NCBI GenBank assembly: GCA_951406725.2
Contig: OX597814.1
Coordinates: forward strand, 133,548,001 to 133,612,000
Direction: 5' to 3'
DNA: 64,000 bases
DNA from: Octopus vulgaris
Taxonomy: Eukaryota
The notes under the pieces were generated by a model. It was given only the letters and a program-made list of their open reading frames with translations, ran no database searches and was not told the origin of the DNA. Shown here one piece after another: positions 51,314 to 64,000 of the stretch; within the stretch, counting starts at the first letter, position 1, and each line of letters opens with the position of its first letter. The translations under genes were made by a program, and so were the position numbers.

Positions 51314-51537
51314 AGAAAGCTATACATTTATAAAACGCAACGCTAGAGAAATTTCATAAAGAAATATGAACGGCAGAATACTAATCATGCGAAAGACGCA
51401 GTAAATCATTTAAATATACTTAAAATATATACTTAAGGTCAAGTTAGAATGAATGAATAAGTTTGTATAGATATGTGTGCAAAAATTAGGTTTATATCTA
51501 ATAAAACATATACGTGTGTGTGTACGGGTTACATGCA

Positions 51538-51585
<48 letters not shown>

Positions 51586-52205
51586 CGCACACACACACAT
51601 ATATATTTACATATATATATGTACTTACACACACACACACATATATATGTATATATATATATATTCTTACACACACACACACACACCCATATATATATAT
51701 AAACGCACACATATATATATATAAACGCAGTAGCGGAAAATAAAACATTCGGACAGATATACGATACAAAGGTGGACAACAGAAACAACAGGCAAACGTG
51801 GCCTTCTTTCCTCAGTCAAGTACAAGAAGTCACAACCGGTTCAGTCAGTTACACTTGAGACGGTTCGATTTGGTTGCCCCCCAAAAGTCTAAGCTAAATA
51901 CATTAGACCCCTGAGTAAGAAACCTAGGAAATGTGAAAGGCAGCAAAGACAAAAAACGGAGAAAATGGTACACAATTACGAATACAAGCAACAAGAAATA
52001 AAACAGGTGTCTTTCGACTCAGAACGAATCAAATTGAGCTGGTGTGTATGAAATGAAAGCCTAAAGGCAGGAACATAGAAGATGGACATAAGGGGTGTTG
52101 TCAATCGGCAGTCAGGCAAAGAAAGAAAGATCATGGCTAGCTGGACACATAATGATATATATATAATTATATATATATAGTGATATATTTATAAAATCAC
52201 GGATA

Positions 52206-52251
<46 letters not shown>

Positions 52252-53091
52252 TTATCCACATCTAAAGCATTGAAAAATGTTATTACCTTGTATATATATA
52301 TATATATCAGTAACAGGACCATAGTTAGTCCAAAATATGTATCTGTGTATCATACTTAAATCATAATCATCGTTGAAAACCTTATAAACTGCAGTATTCC
52401 ATTCGCGGAGAATTATCTCTTATAGAAGTACCGTGCTAAAAAACTCAAAAATATGTGAGTATCAGACGAAATTCTTCAAACAGCTGCGATGTTACCGCTA
52501 AAACATATTTTCGCTTCTTTGGATTTCGTCAATAGCAAGTGTCCACTAACATTTACGTGCTATGAACAAATCATTCACTACTGATTTAATAAAACAGTGA
52601 TTGAAAACACTACCGTCGCAGTTCACCGGCACGCTGAATAAAAATTGGTTTTGTGCAACAGAATAATGTTTTAATCAAACTTTTACACAATGTTTGACGT
52701 ATTTAATAAAATTGTCAGCCAATAAATATGTGATTCGACTCTTGTAATAAGATCTAATTTTTGTTGTGTTCTATAACTGTAAAGGCCTGTTACATAATTC
52801 ATAATTAACACTCTTGAATGCTGACGTCAATGTCCATCCATGTATGTGTGTGAGTTTGCTTTTGCAACTGTTATGACATAAAACTCGAACAGGAATGTTG
52901 TGCACACAACGCAACCATGCAAACACACACACTCACACACTCACACAAAAACACACAGGCACTCACACACACGCACAGATGTATTTGTATGTATATATTG
53001 TATATACACGTATACATATATGTGTATGGATTACACACACACAGACACATATATATAGTTGTTGTCTTACCATTCTTATCAATATACACAC

Positions 53092-53200
<109 letters not shown>

Positions 53201-53212
53201 TTTGCCTACAGA

Positions 53213-53780
53213 ATGTGATAATCCTGGTTAGGACGATTGTTACTGTTATTTAACCCCAGGAAACATCGTCTCCAGCTGGCTATGCGACACACTATCAATA
53301 GCTATTCAAAAATGCTATCGAGGTACTACCCTCCATTGCAATATAATGCTGTTGCAAAATCAATACATAATGTTATCAGAAAAAAGAATAGTGGTCTTGG
53401 ATAGACATAAGCAACGCCCTTGGTATGTAATACATACATAGCAGCACAAGAAATACTGGTGGAGTATTCTCTGCTGGCACTTGGTAAATGCAGGCATAAC
53501 CTACTTCATGTAGTTATTTGGGACAGAAAAGAAATGCTTTGCACATTCATAGAGAACATTTAAGTTGTTCTGTGGTTGTAAACATATCTTTCAAAATCAG
53601 TGAGGAGATAACTATCAATGGAAAACTGCTTCGAAATCTGAAACTCCTGTCCTCCGATTATAAATTGAAATTTATACCAATAACCATTGGTGTACTCGAT
53701 TATGCTATTTATGACAAAATCTGAAGATGCTAGGATTTTTAAGCAGAAAGGGAGGTCTTCTAACATGAACTTTATGGATA
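53213..53780 (+). mobile_element. Decayed RLE-type non-LTR retrotransposon (putative 5' UTR joined to C-terminal endonuclease region)
   Basis: HKKYWW, KCRHN..HVVIWDRKEMLCTFIE, VNISFKISE..LLRNLKLLSSDYKLKFIPITIGVLDY resemble the PD-(D/E)xK region and terminal P.IIGALG motif of RLE elements. Confidence 0.65.
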
Positions 53781-53982
53781 CGATCTATGAATGGAATATT
53801 TGAAATACGCACGGCTTCCTTAAAGTTCAATATGTAATAATTAACGCTGTTATTACGCAAGCATGTATGATAGAACTTATTTCTTTAATTAGAAACCAAC
53901 TCCTTCGTTCTAGATAGAATGGTAATAACCAAAAAACGTACATACACATACATCTTGCATGCATACCTTCGTACATTCCTTC

Positions 53983-54070
53983 ATACATACATACATACAT
54001 ACATACATACATACATACATACATACATACATACATACATACACACATACATACATACATACATACATTC
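53983..54070. repeat. (CATA)n microsatellite
   Basis: Directly visible. Confidence 0.95.
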
Positions 54071-54407
54071 ATGGTGTACAGCGTTATATATTCTAATTGG
54101 GATTAATAATAAACTCTCATGGACGTATCTGAATGTGTACAAAAGTAAAACCTGGAGGAAACCAATTATGCTGCATGTCTTTTGCTGTTCATATTGACAT
54201 ATGTGTCCTGTTGTATACTTTTCATACACACTAATTATACTCTATGGAGTTGCAGATATTTTATCCACATCTAAAGCATTGAAAAATGTTATTACCTTGT
54301 ATGATCAAAATTTCAAACTATCTTATCAAATGTAGTGATTTTTGGAAATGGCCACATTCTTTTGCCAATTAACCACGCACGCTATATTCTTGGTCCTTAC
54401 TCCAGGT

Positions 54408-54620
54408 TTATTATTACCTCTGCCTTAAGGAAAGCGAAGGTACTGTTTTTCAATCGTGTTTGTTTGTTCCTTTGTCTTTGGACAAGATATCTCAAGAGCA
54501 GCTGGATGGATTCAGATGAAACTTTCAGGGATGTTTGGCCTCGTAACTGGCATGAACTAATTAGATTTTGGGATCGGTTTGGTACCGGACAAGGACTCTG
54601 GAATATCTGTTATATTTACT
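54408..54620. mobile_element. Second copy (inverted) of the 34620-34976 repeat
   Basis: Reverse-complement similarity by eye over about 190 bp. Confidence 0.6.
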
Positions 54621-55799
54621 TTACATGATTACGATCTTACGTTAACTTACAAGTCTTTCTCAGTTATCTCCCGTTAGGTTGTAACTATTTTGAATGGTGA
54701 ATTTGATAACTTTGGCTTGTATTAGATAATACAAATTGTATTAGATAATACAAATTGTATTTGATAATACAAATTTTTTAGGTTAAAATTTCTCTAGATG
54801 TTCGCATTTTCTTGAAAATCTTATCCTTGTCAGAATTAAAAACATGGTAATGAATTACAAATTACTGCAGGAAATATATAAGTTGTCCCAAAAATACATT
54901 CGTAGAAGCATCAGAATATTTTTGAATATCCAGTATTGCCAAGGTTAATCTCACGTACGTACGTTTCTGTAAATATATTTACAAATAAAAATCACTCCTG
55001 GTATTACTCAATGTAAGTTTAGACAATTCACTTTACATCTGACCTCTGATAAGACAAGTTTTCAAGGTTAAAGAATTTTCTTTAATGTTTCATTCTTAAT
55101 CCTATCACATTTACAAAGGGTTAGTCTATAACAGATCATGACATTGAATCAAAACCCTAGCAGACATAACTGCTTTCGGGTAGTCAAGTAACCAGGAAAA
55201 ATATGTTAATTTGAGAATTAACACTTTTATCCATCCCTGAACACGAACCTAATTCATGACGTGTTCTATGAAGTTACGTTCCGTTACAAGGCAATTTATT
55301 CTCGTTTACAAATCGCGCCCCATTTTCTCCTTTTCTTCATATAATTCATTTCAATCGGTGATCATCATTACCAGGATTTTAATTTGTTTTCATATGTGTG
55401 TGTATGTGTGTGTGTATGTGTGTGTGTGTACATGTGTGTGTGCATGTGTGTGCGTGCGTGCGTACATGTGTGTGAGAGTAAATATGTGTGCATGTGACTG
55501 AAATAGCATCAGAATTGCTTTGCTTCAAGTAGACATTGCAGGAGCCCCTTAAAGATGCTGCAAGCTCTTCTCTTGAGGGTGACTAAAGTTATCAAATTGC
55601 ATTGAAATCTTCAGTTTCATCAGTAAGTATCTGAAGATCGGCAGTGGGGATTGAATTAACGTTTGAGTACAGAAGAGTTCCAACTAGAATCTCTTGTCAA
55701 ACAGCTCAACCTTCAGTTCATCTGAAATAGCTCTCTCTTTTGCAACGTCTTTTTTTTTCAATCCTTATCATACCGAACCCATCTTCACAAAGAATAGCA

Positions 55800-57000
55800 C
55801 ACACTTAGTGCTGGGAAATCGCAACACACGCCTGCAAGATATATTTTATTAGAATTTGTTCAACTAAGTCCACGTATCTAGCTTTCTTACATTGGCGAGA
55901 AATATCGAATATGTCCTCCTGGGACATTTTACGGTTACAATGTATGTCTGGTTAGTCAGATGTTACCACCATCTCTTCTAGAATGATGAATATATCCTTC
56001 ACATCCACTTACATTTTCCAGTTACAAATAGTCACAGAATAGAAAACGGGTCTCTCAAAGTTGCTTCTATTTTAAGAGCTTTATCATTTTCTCATTGCAA
56101 TCTGGAAGCGTTGTTTGCTGATGATTCTTGCTTGGTGATTGGTATCGGCCCTCTCACACAGTATCAGCCTTCTTGCAGTATTTTAGTAAGTGTTTCATTG
56201 ACGAAAGATTTGCTCTACATTATTTTCAAGATGGGTCTTCTTTACTCGCGATTCAAAGGTTATTTGTGATAGGCAAGAGATGAACGACAGTGCACAGAAA
56301 GAAGGACAATTTTCTGTGGTCAGTACTCAAGCATTCCCTTTAGAACAGTGGCCGATCGGAAACCTGTTCCTACTGTTTCTGTGCATGACTATGTTTCATT
56401 ATATGTGCTTTCTAGCCCCTAGAATTGGCATCGCTCTATCTCTTACTGCTGTAGTTATCAAAATATTATCCTGTCAGACTAATCTGGTATTCCTGTACCC
56501 TTACAGCTTCCTTCATAGATTCTTGGAGCTACCTGCCAATTATTATGGTATTCTTGACGTCCTTGACACTCTCAACCTCAGAAAGTAGCATTGTTTGGGC
56601 TGTTCCTATCTTAACGGCCTTGCAACCTTCCACCACCGATGAAATTCGTATATGGAGCTTGGAGGACTTGATATACAGGTGAACTTTGGGTCAGCATTCA
56701 AACATCTTGGCACGAATTTACAGCAAAATTTCTCTATTGCTTACAATTGTATCAAAATGACCACTATAGTTTAGTTAATATTCTATACCGGACGCACCAA
56801 ACCGTAAAACTACCAAATAGCTGACCATCGTAAACAACCCTGAACTAGGTCTTTTGTTAGGCCAAAGATCCTTTCGCGTTGCCATTACTACAGGAGATTG
56901 TAATACATTCTTCCCAGGGTATCATTTTCCTTTCTCCTGAAATGTTAGAACCTAAAATCCCAGCAATCCTGAAGATTTCTTTTCAGTCCACTTTCCAACA
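55800..57000 (-). mobile_element. Highly decayed BEL/Pao LTR retrotransposon pol remnant
   Basis: Minus strand 56620-56750 gives TIVSNREI then KFVPRCLNAD...RWWK, matching the BEL order FV.NRV.EI / W..VP...NPAD / WW.GP. Weaker integrase-like pieces follow. Confidence 0.5.
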
Positions 57001-57709
57001 TCCTCTTGATCAGAGTTTATTTCTCTGGATTAAATGGCATACGTAGCTATGTCACCAATTTCTCCAGTCAGCTCAGATTCAGCTGTTTTTCTTCAAATGA
57101 TAATGTTATAACTGTTATAATATCAAAGAAGGCCCAGAAGGTTGGATGGCTTGCATTCTCATCAGTTCCTGAATTTTTATGTTGTTCCCCACCACCACCA
57201 CCACCACCACCTCTGTGAGTAGGTTCATGGCAGCTACGAACCAGACCATAGCTACTGTGTAGTTGTCATAATGCTCTTATCGTGTTTCTGTTATTTAAGG
57301 TAAAATTTTACAAAATAAACCACATTTTCAGCAAATTAATATACCACATGATGAACTCAACTACTGTTGCTTTTAATTGGTTTAGCTCTTGCTTCGTTGG
57401 TCAGGCGCAATTGTCCAAGTTTTAAGATTTAACCATTGTACTGAATGTGTGTTTTATGTGATGTTGGCACTCATTGTCGTCAAGCTGACTAGCTACCCTG
57501 GGACAACTCATTTTTGTTCACTTGTATAAAAGTATTAATTGATCAGTAGGTAATTTGTTAATCTTTAAGCCTTTATGGAACAAACATCTTCCGTTCGATA
57601 TCTAAGGTAGTTTATACGCATATGAATATAGGAAGGCGGATGGGGATTTTTGTGGGTTTATGTATGATTGTGTCTACATATACTCACGTATACATAAATA
57701 CATAAATAC

Positions 57710-57865
57710 ATGTATGTATGCATGAATATATGTATGTATGTAAAATCTATGTATATATGTATGTATATATGCATGTATGTATGTATGTATGTATGTATGT
57801 ATGTATGTATGTATGTATGTATGTTGCATGTATGTATGTATATATGTATGTATGTATGTATGTTT
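57710..57865. repeat. Degenerate (TATG)n microsatellite
   Basis: Directly visible. Confidence 0.9.
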
Positions 57866-58124
57866 GTATACATGTTTGAGTATGTGTGTAAACGTACGTT
57901 TATATTCTGATATAAGAATATTCAAAATTTCTGCTCGTAATTTATCAAGGGCTTATCATTCTCAAACGACGTGTATCCTTCTCTAACATAAAGAGGCAGT
58001 CAGTTTAGCTGTTTATTAAAACAGCAACTTGCTACCAGTTCTTTACAAAGAATGACGAATTGCTTGAATGCTAACCAGAATATATACCAACAGAAAGTAT
58101 AAGTCTCTAAACTCTCGCTAAATA

Positions 58125-58845
58125 TCAGGTCATCCCATAAGTTCTGTTCGATTTTACTTTTTTAAAAATCGAATGAAATTTAATAGTATTTTAAAATGTC
58201 TAATGGAATTTAAAATTATCTTTATGCATTGGTGTACATTTAAACTAATTAAATATTATTTTACAGCATAATAGAATTAAAATTTCTTTGATTAAAACCC
58301 TTTCTAACATGGAAGTATCCAAAGAGCATTTGAAACACATAATGCTTTATGAGTACAAAAAAGGGAAACTCTGCAGCCGAAGCGACCCAGAACATACATT
58401 CAGTTTATGGGAAATAATGCTTGAATGAAAGAACTTGCAGAAGATGGTTTGCAAAATTCAGAAGTGGAGATTTCAGCCTTGAAGATAATCGAACAGGACG
58501 TCCAGTTGAGTTTGATGATAAGCTCCTTGAGGCATTACTTGAAGAAAATTTTGCATTATCAGTTGAAGAATTGGCAATAAAGCTTAGTTCAAACCATACA
58601 ACTGTTCATCGTCATCTTAAACAACTTGGAACGGTTCCTAAACCTGGAGTTGACATCTGCTCTACTCTCCATTCTCGCGAACTCATTTCACCCTTTTTGG
58701 ATAGACTTGTGACTATTGACGAAAAATGGATCTTCCATCGAAATGTTAAACATCGTAAACAGTGGCTTGGTAAAAGGGTAAAAGCTCAACCACAAACGAG
58801 AAGGGAACTTCATGGGAAAAAGGTTCTTGTCTCTATCTGGTGGGT
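58125..58845 (+). mobile_element. Mariner transposon, 5' part, internally deleted and 3'-truncated
   Basis: TA then probable TIR tcaggtcatcccataagttctg. ATG at 58309: MEVSKEHLKHIMLYEYKKG, RTCRRWFAKFRSGDFSLED, GRP, TVHRHL, LVTIDEKW; WVPHEL segment missing. Confidence 0.9.
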
Positions 58846-61800
58846 TTTAAATCCACTATTTAAAACCTCCCAATTTAAATTATTTTACTTGGAAGATCAA
58901 CTGAGTTAATAATGCTTCTGAGACATAAAAGCTTGTGTAAAATGATATTTAGAATTGTACAGCATTGTAGACAGCTGCTAATTGTGTACGAAATAACTTT
59001 TAAGAAAGAAAACATCGTGATTATTAGAGTAAATATAATTTAGCATTTTTGCATGTAGGTTTGAAAAATATTTGAAATTCAATTTATTTAGTGAAGAATA
59101 TTGCACTTGACAGAGTCAAGTTATTTCTAGCAAAGTCATGCATTCTTTCTGATGCGACATCTTTAAGTGCATATTTTTCAATATACCTTTAGGCAACATG
59201 CATTTATTTAACTGATATATTTTGTAAGACAGCTATTGACACTATAAGTTAATATCGCCGTAGAAATACGACACAGTTCGTGAGACAATGAGAGGACAGA
59301 AGAATGAGAAGGTGAGAGTATGAGATTGTAAGAGAACATTTTGTGTATGCAGATGGCGTGATTTTGATTCTAAACTAACGTTGCGTGCAGAGCTGTCAAT
59401 TTGCTGACCATTTTCAAACACATTCCACATCTTAAAGCGTAGGTGACGCATTGTTTACCCAAAAAAGTGATTCGGTGTCAATTAGAAAAAGCTTATACCC
59501 AAAGCAGTACAAAAATAACATATTCGCAACGACCAAATGTCATTTGTAAATATGATCTTCAAGACATGTTAGTTTGTGAGGCCGGTTCAGTTACAGCAAC
59601 AAATAGTTTTACTTTTAATGCAATACATATTTTTACAGCGATTAAAAACGAGTCATTCAGGTACCAATTAAAATTGTTATGATTCCAACAACCAAGTATC
59701 ATAAATCAAATCAAAATCATAATTTAAGATTAGCCAGGCTGCAACTCATTTCCTCCAGTGTTAGCGTAATTCAAAATGCTGTAGATTTTTTTTAAACTAG
59801 CATCTTTTCCAAAATAATCACAGTACGGTTTCCGCTTGTGTATAATTTGTGCCTGATGTGTTGAGGCATGTGATAATAATGTTATCTAAATTTATATCTT
59901 TTACCAAATTTTCTACAATTTATAATATGATCAGTGTCATTACTAAACGTATATCTGTATTAAAAAGAAATAGTAAGACTTGGTGCTGCATTCTTGCTGA
60001 TCTTAAAATTCTGAGTCCACTAAGCACAATTTAGATTGTATTCATGATCAAATGTATCATCTTGTTTATTGTACAAGATATATTTTGGTTGAAATTTTAC
60101 TTATTTAAAGACATTTTAACTGGGAGGTATTTTATGGCATCATCTGGTATTTTTAACATAGTTAATACCTCAAGGCAATGGTTTCAAAAATACTAATCAA
60201 TTTTAATCAATTTCACAACGTTCATTTAACTAACATTAAACAAATTCAAGACAAAATTATTCTGGTATCTCTACATTTTATGTTTATGTGTGTGTACGTG
60301 TTAACTAGAAAAAACATTATTTCAATGTGGTATGAAAAAGAGAGAAATCAACTATCATATTTTTTTTTACGTTGAAATGAGATTAATTTTCCCTCTTATT
60401 AAATCAATATTTTGCTCTGGGCACAAAAATCTAAAAACTTATCCCAAAACTTGAAGCTATGTTGTTGTCTCCTAATAACTCTTGTTTTTACTGTTTTATT
60501 TACTTAGTGTTACACATGCATATTGTTTTGTTTTGAGTTTTTTTTTCTCTGAGTCTGTATCTCACACTATTCGTGATTCTTTCCTTCTGGCTTCCTCTTT
60601 CTATTTCTTTGGGTTTCTCTATCGTTTTTTTCTTTTATATCTCTTCCTATTTTCTCGACTCTTTAATATTACCATCTGCAATCACAACATTACTTCCATC
60701 GCCTTTTAGCTTAAATATAACAGATTAAACTGCACAAATGACAAATATTTACTATAAATACAAGCAGTAAATCACAAGGGTGTATCATTTTATATCGATG
60801 GAGATAGAAATCTGTAAATATGCTACTATATGTTTTTCAAACACATTTGCTTATGAAGGAATGCGCTGCCTTATATTTTCCCTGTGTCAAGTTACATAGA
60901 AATAATTTGGCTTCTGAAAGCCCCTAAAGTGGTTGATAATTCTTAAAGATATAGACTAGATGTTCTTCACACTGAGTGATCCAATGTTAATAACACTCAA
61001 ATGTTATGAACTCCTTATGTAATAGTAGCTGTCGATAGATGAGAAAAATACCTCTACCTGAATTCAATAAATAGTTTTGTATCTGTGCAAGTGGTTTCAA
61101 TCCGCTATCGCCCCTCTTTGACTTATGATAAATAGTTCCAGTGAGTAAATACGCATAATGAAGTGAACCAAGACATTTTAATCTATTGATATAACAGCTA
61201 TTAGAGGAAAACAATACACTATCGTAAATATTGATCAAAAGCTGGAAGAAAAGTAAACACTATAGATAAAATTATGTATAGACTAAAGCAAGGATAAGGT
61301 AACTGAATTTAATTAACAAAAATCAATTAAGCATTAGCTCAGAAAAAGAAACACGACAGATTAATAATTTTCTAAAATACGTTGTTCCATACTTCATGAA
61401 ATACTTTAAAGTTTACTAGAGAAACTTTAAGTATTTAAGCTTACCCAGTGAAACATTTCTGAACTATTGGTCAACATTCCTTTTAACATAAGATACATAT
61501 TAACTTATTTACGAATACTGGTATTGTAGTAAATTAGCGGTAGCTCGTAGTGGGACGTGGTAGATCGTGATAAGACGAGTCTGCTACTTGTTTTTCAATC
61601 ATTGTTTCATACATTTCACTTGCTTCTTTTACGTATTTGAAAGTTTATGCATGTAACAATATCTGTTTCCTGTGAGGAGAATCAACTTATATGAAATAAC
61701 TATAAAGGGACCTTATAGAAATTGCAGCTACGTTCACTGAAATGGCATCTATATAACAATAAGGAATGGGATAATGTAGTCTTCGATATGCAAAGCGCTG

Positions 61801-62099
61801 AAAAGACGTGGATAAACGACAGGAATAACAACAGGACGGAATGGTCACGACTAGGAAGTTCTTTATCTCAGATATAGTCAATGCTAAGCAGTAAGAACAT
61901 ATCGATTTAAAGTTTTTCTCTTTAATTAATATGTAAGCGAAATACAGAGACTCAATCATCATAAATAGGTCTTTCGTGAGAGTGTTAATGCTATTCACTT
62001 TTCTACTCTCTTCCTCACACATATCATCGATACTATCTTTCAACGCACGTATATATGAAAATTATGCACCATTTCTTCATTCTCACCTTACCTACCTTA

Positions 62100-62770
62100 C
62101 CAAGCATCAGCCTTAAGCAGTCTAAACACTTCACGCGTAATGTGCACCACATATGTCATGCACAGTGACCAAGAACACATTCTCCGACTGAACATTGCCA
62201 ATCCTGTCTTTTTGAATAGTGTAAAGAAACAATGTTTACGTGTATCAATAAAACATTTTCAGACACCCAACCAACCCAAACATTCACATTACGCTACTAC
62301 AACCCTCAGTTTGCTGCAAACGCTATGAGTCACGATCACGAAATTTCTCTGAAGTTATTCAACATAGCAAAGCCAGCACCAAAGAAACTGACCTTTCTTT
62401 ACAGCACCAGAAAATTCCCCAGCCCCTTAAGCTACAAACAATCGAAACCCATAATGGATTACCGCGCCCTCAGATGTTGGGTGGTGATGCTGCTACACAT
62501 ATAAACACATCCTAGACAATATTCAATAATAAAGCACTTGTCTAATTAGAATAAAGACATTCACGAACACATTGTAGCCGCTAACCCATCAACTTAGACT
62601 TACTTCTCTGCCTTTCTTACTACACTCATTGTATACAATGCTCTTCATGGCCGGTTGGGTCGTGCTATCTCCATTTTGCCTCACCCAAATCAGTTGTCTC
62701 CTCTACACTCGTGACCCCTATTGGGCCCACCGAAAGCACCTATCCAAACATTTCTCCCAATCATTGAAAG
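62100..62770 (+). mobile_element. Decayed LINE C-terminal fragment (L2/CR1/Jockey group)
   Basis: KKLTFLYSTRKF..YKQSKPIMDY, then GG.AATHI..LDNIQ..KAL in shifted frames, the usual post-RT pattern. Confidence 0.55.
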
Positions 62771-64000
62771 AGTGGATACACTGAATTTCAGTCGCTGCTC
62801 ATGTTTCTTTGTTTTGTTTTTGTTGTTTTCTTTTGTTTTTACTTTGCATCCGTCGACGTGTACGTGTTTAAGTGGAACGTGAACTACGTCGATTTTTGTA
62901 CCTGAAAGGATCTGTTAAAGACAGTCATAGTCAATTCCTTCGGAAGAGTCCACTATAAAAGCATTCGCATATGATTACGTTAATTCACCAATAGTTAAAT
63001 ATTCTCAGCATAAATATTGTAATATCAACTCCACTTTAAATATTAACTCCACTTTAAATCCACAACCTTTATTAGATATTTAATTGCTTCAACGTACAAT
63101 CTTCAACCAAAATATTCAATCTGAGGCGATTTTCTAATGATTTAATAATATTTAACTGGATTTGTTCGTCCTTGCATTTTCATTGCGACAGGTACATATT
63201 TATAATTACGGGGCACACATAAATACACAATAACTAAGAAACCTAAACAGGCGATTAAGAAGAGAATGTAATCCACTTATAGTCCGCATACGTATACTCG
63301 TTCACATTTCTGCAGCTGCTTCTATAAGACAAGGTGAAAATGGCTTTTTCACTCGTACATAGGTTTGATCGTCTAGGCGCACAATTCTAAAACTGCTTGG
63401 AGGTAATATGTGTATAAATAAAAGCTATTCAGCAAACAGTTAGCTGAATGAGTGTTATTTGGGAATCATTCCCACTGATTTCTGTTTCATGTAGTATTTA
63501 TTAATTAACTTAACTTTCTAGGTTGCTAGCAGGTTAACAAATTATGTGCTTATTATGGCTATAAATTCCATATGTGACTGCAAGGAACTAGTTTACCAAT
63601 TTTCTTTTCTTTTTATTTGTCCGTAAGCTATTGTACTTCTTGTGAGATCATAAACGTTCGTTGGAAAATTTCCAGTTATAAATATCTTCTTGTCACGTTT
63701 TTCCTATTAAGTATTCATATCATGACCAAAAGTCGTTGACATTAATATTTTTGGGAAGACTGCTTTTTTTTTAACAAGTAGGTATTTTTACTATCACTTT
63801 TGTGACGGCAAAATGTTAAAGTGTCACATTTGAATTATTTCAATAATTAAGTGTGATTTTCCTCCCAAAGTTTGAGAAACCGTTAACAATCTGAAATACC
63901 AGGAAGACGTTAATTGAAAATTAGTGCAAACACCAACGAGGTACCACCATGCCATTAGTTACTATTGATCATGTTTCCTATAATGAGATATTATAGGTAA

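Noticed and set aside
51070-51333. Poly-Glu acidic ORF
   Set aside because: Translation of (GAT)n/(GAA)n low complexity; no splice or domain evidence.

Overview
AT-rich, microsatellite-dense eukaryotic DNA with no intact protein-coding gene that I can support. The SINE families and repeat landscape resemble an octopus (coleoid cephalopod) genome; this is recognition from memory, not a database result. The window is mostly decayed mobile elements: R4/Dong-like restriction-endonuclease non-LTR retrotransposons in (TAA)n arrays, a CR1-like LINE, Penelope-like (GIY-YIG) fragments, Tc1 and mariner, hAT, a very decayed BEL/Pao LTR element and three tRNA-derived SINE families. The most interesting signal is a set of minimal type I hammerhead ribozyme motifs in short non-coding elements of at least four unrelated families. 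Two have fully intact cores, several abut (TA)n arrays, and one lies between ~41-bp direct repeats. Other observations: SINE-internal microsatellites acting as landing pads, a SINE tail shared with the CR1 LINE 3' end, a pre-miRNA-sized hairpin, a ~505-bp non-coding TAA-array element, repair-type templated insertions and a weak candidate decayed cell-surface-protein gene at 23.5-26.6 kb. Most listed ORFs are microsatellite artefacts.
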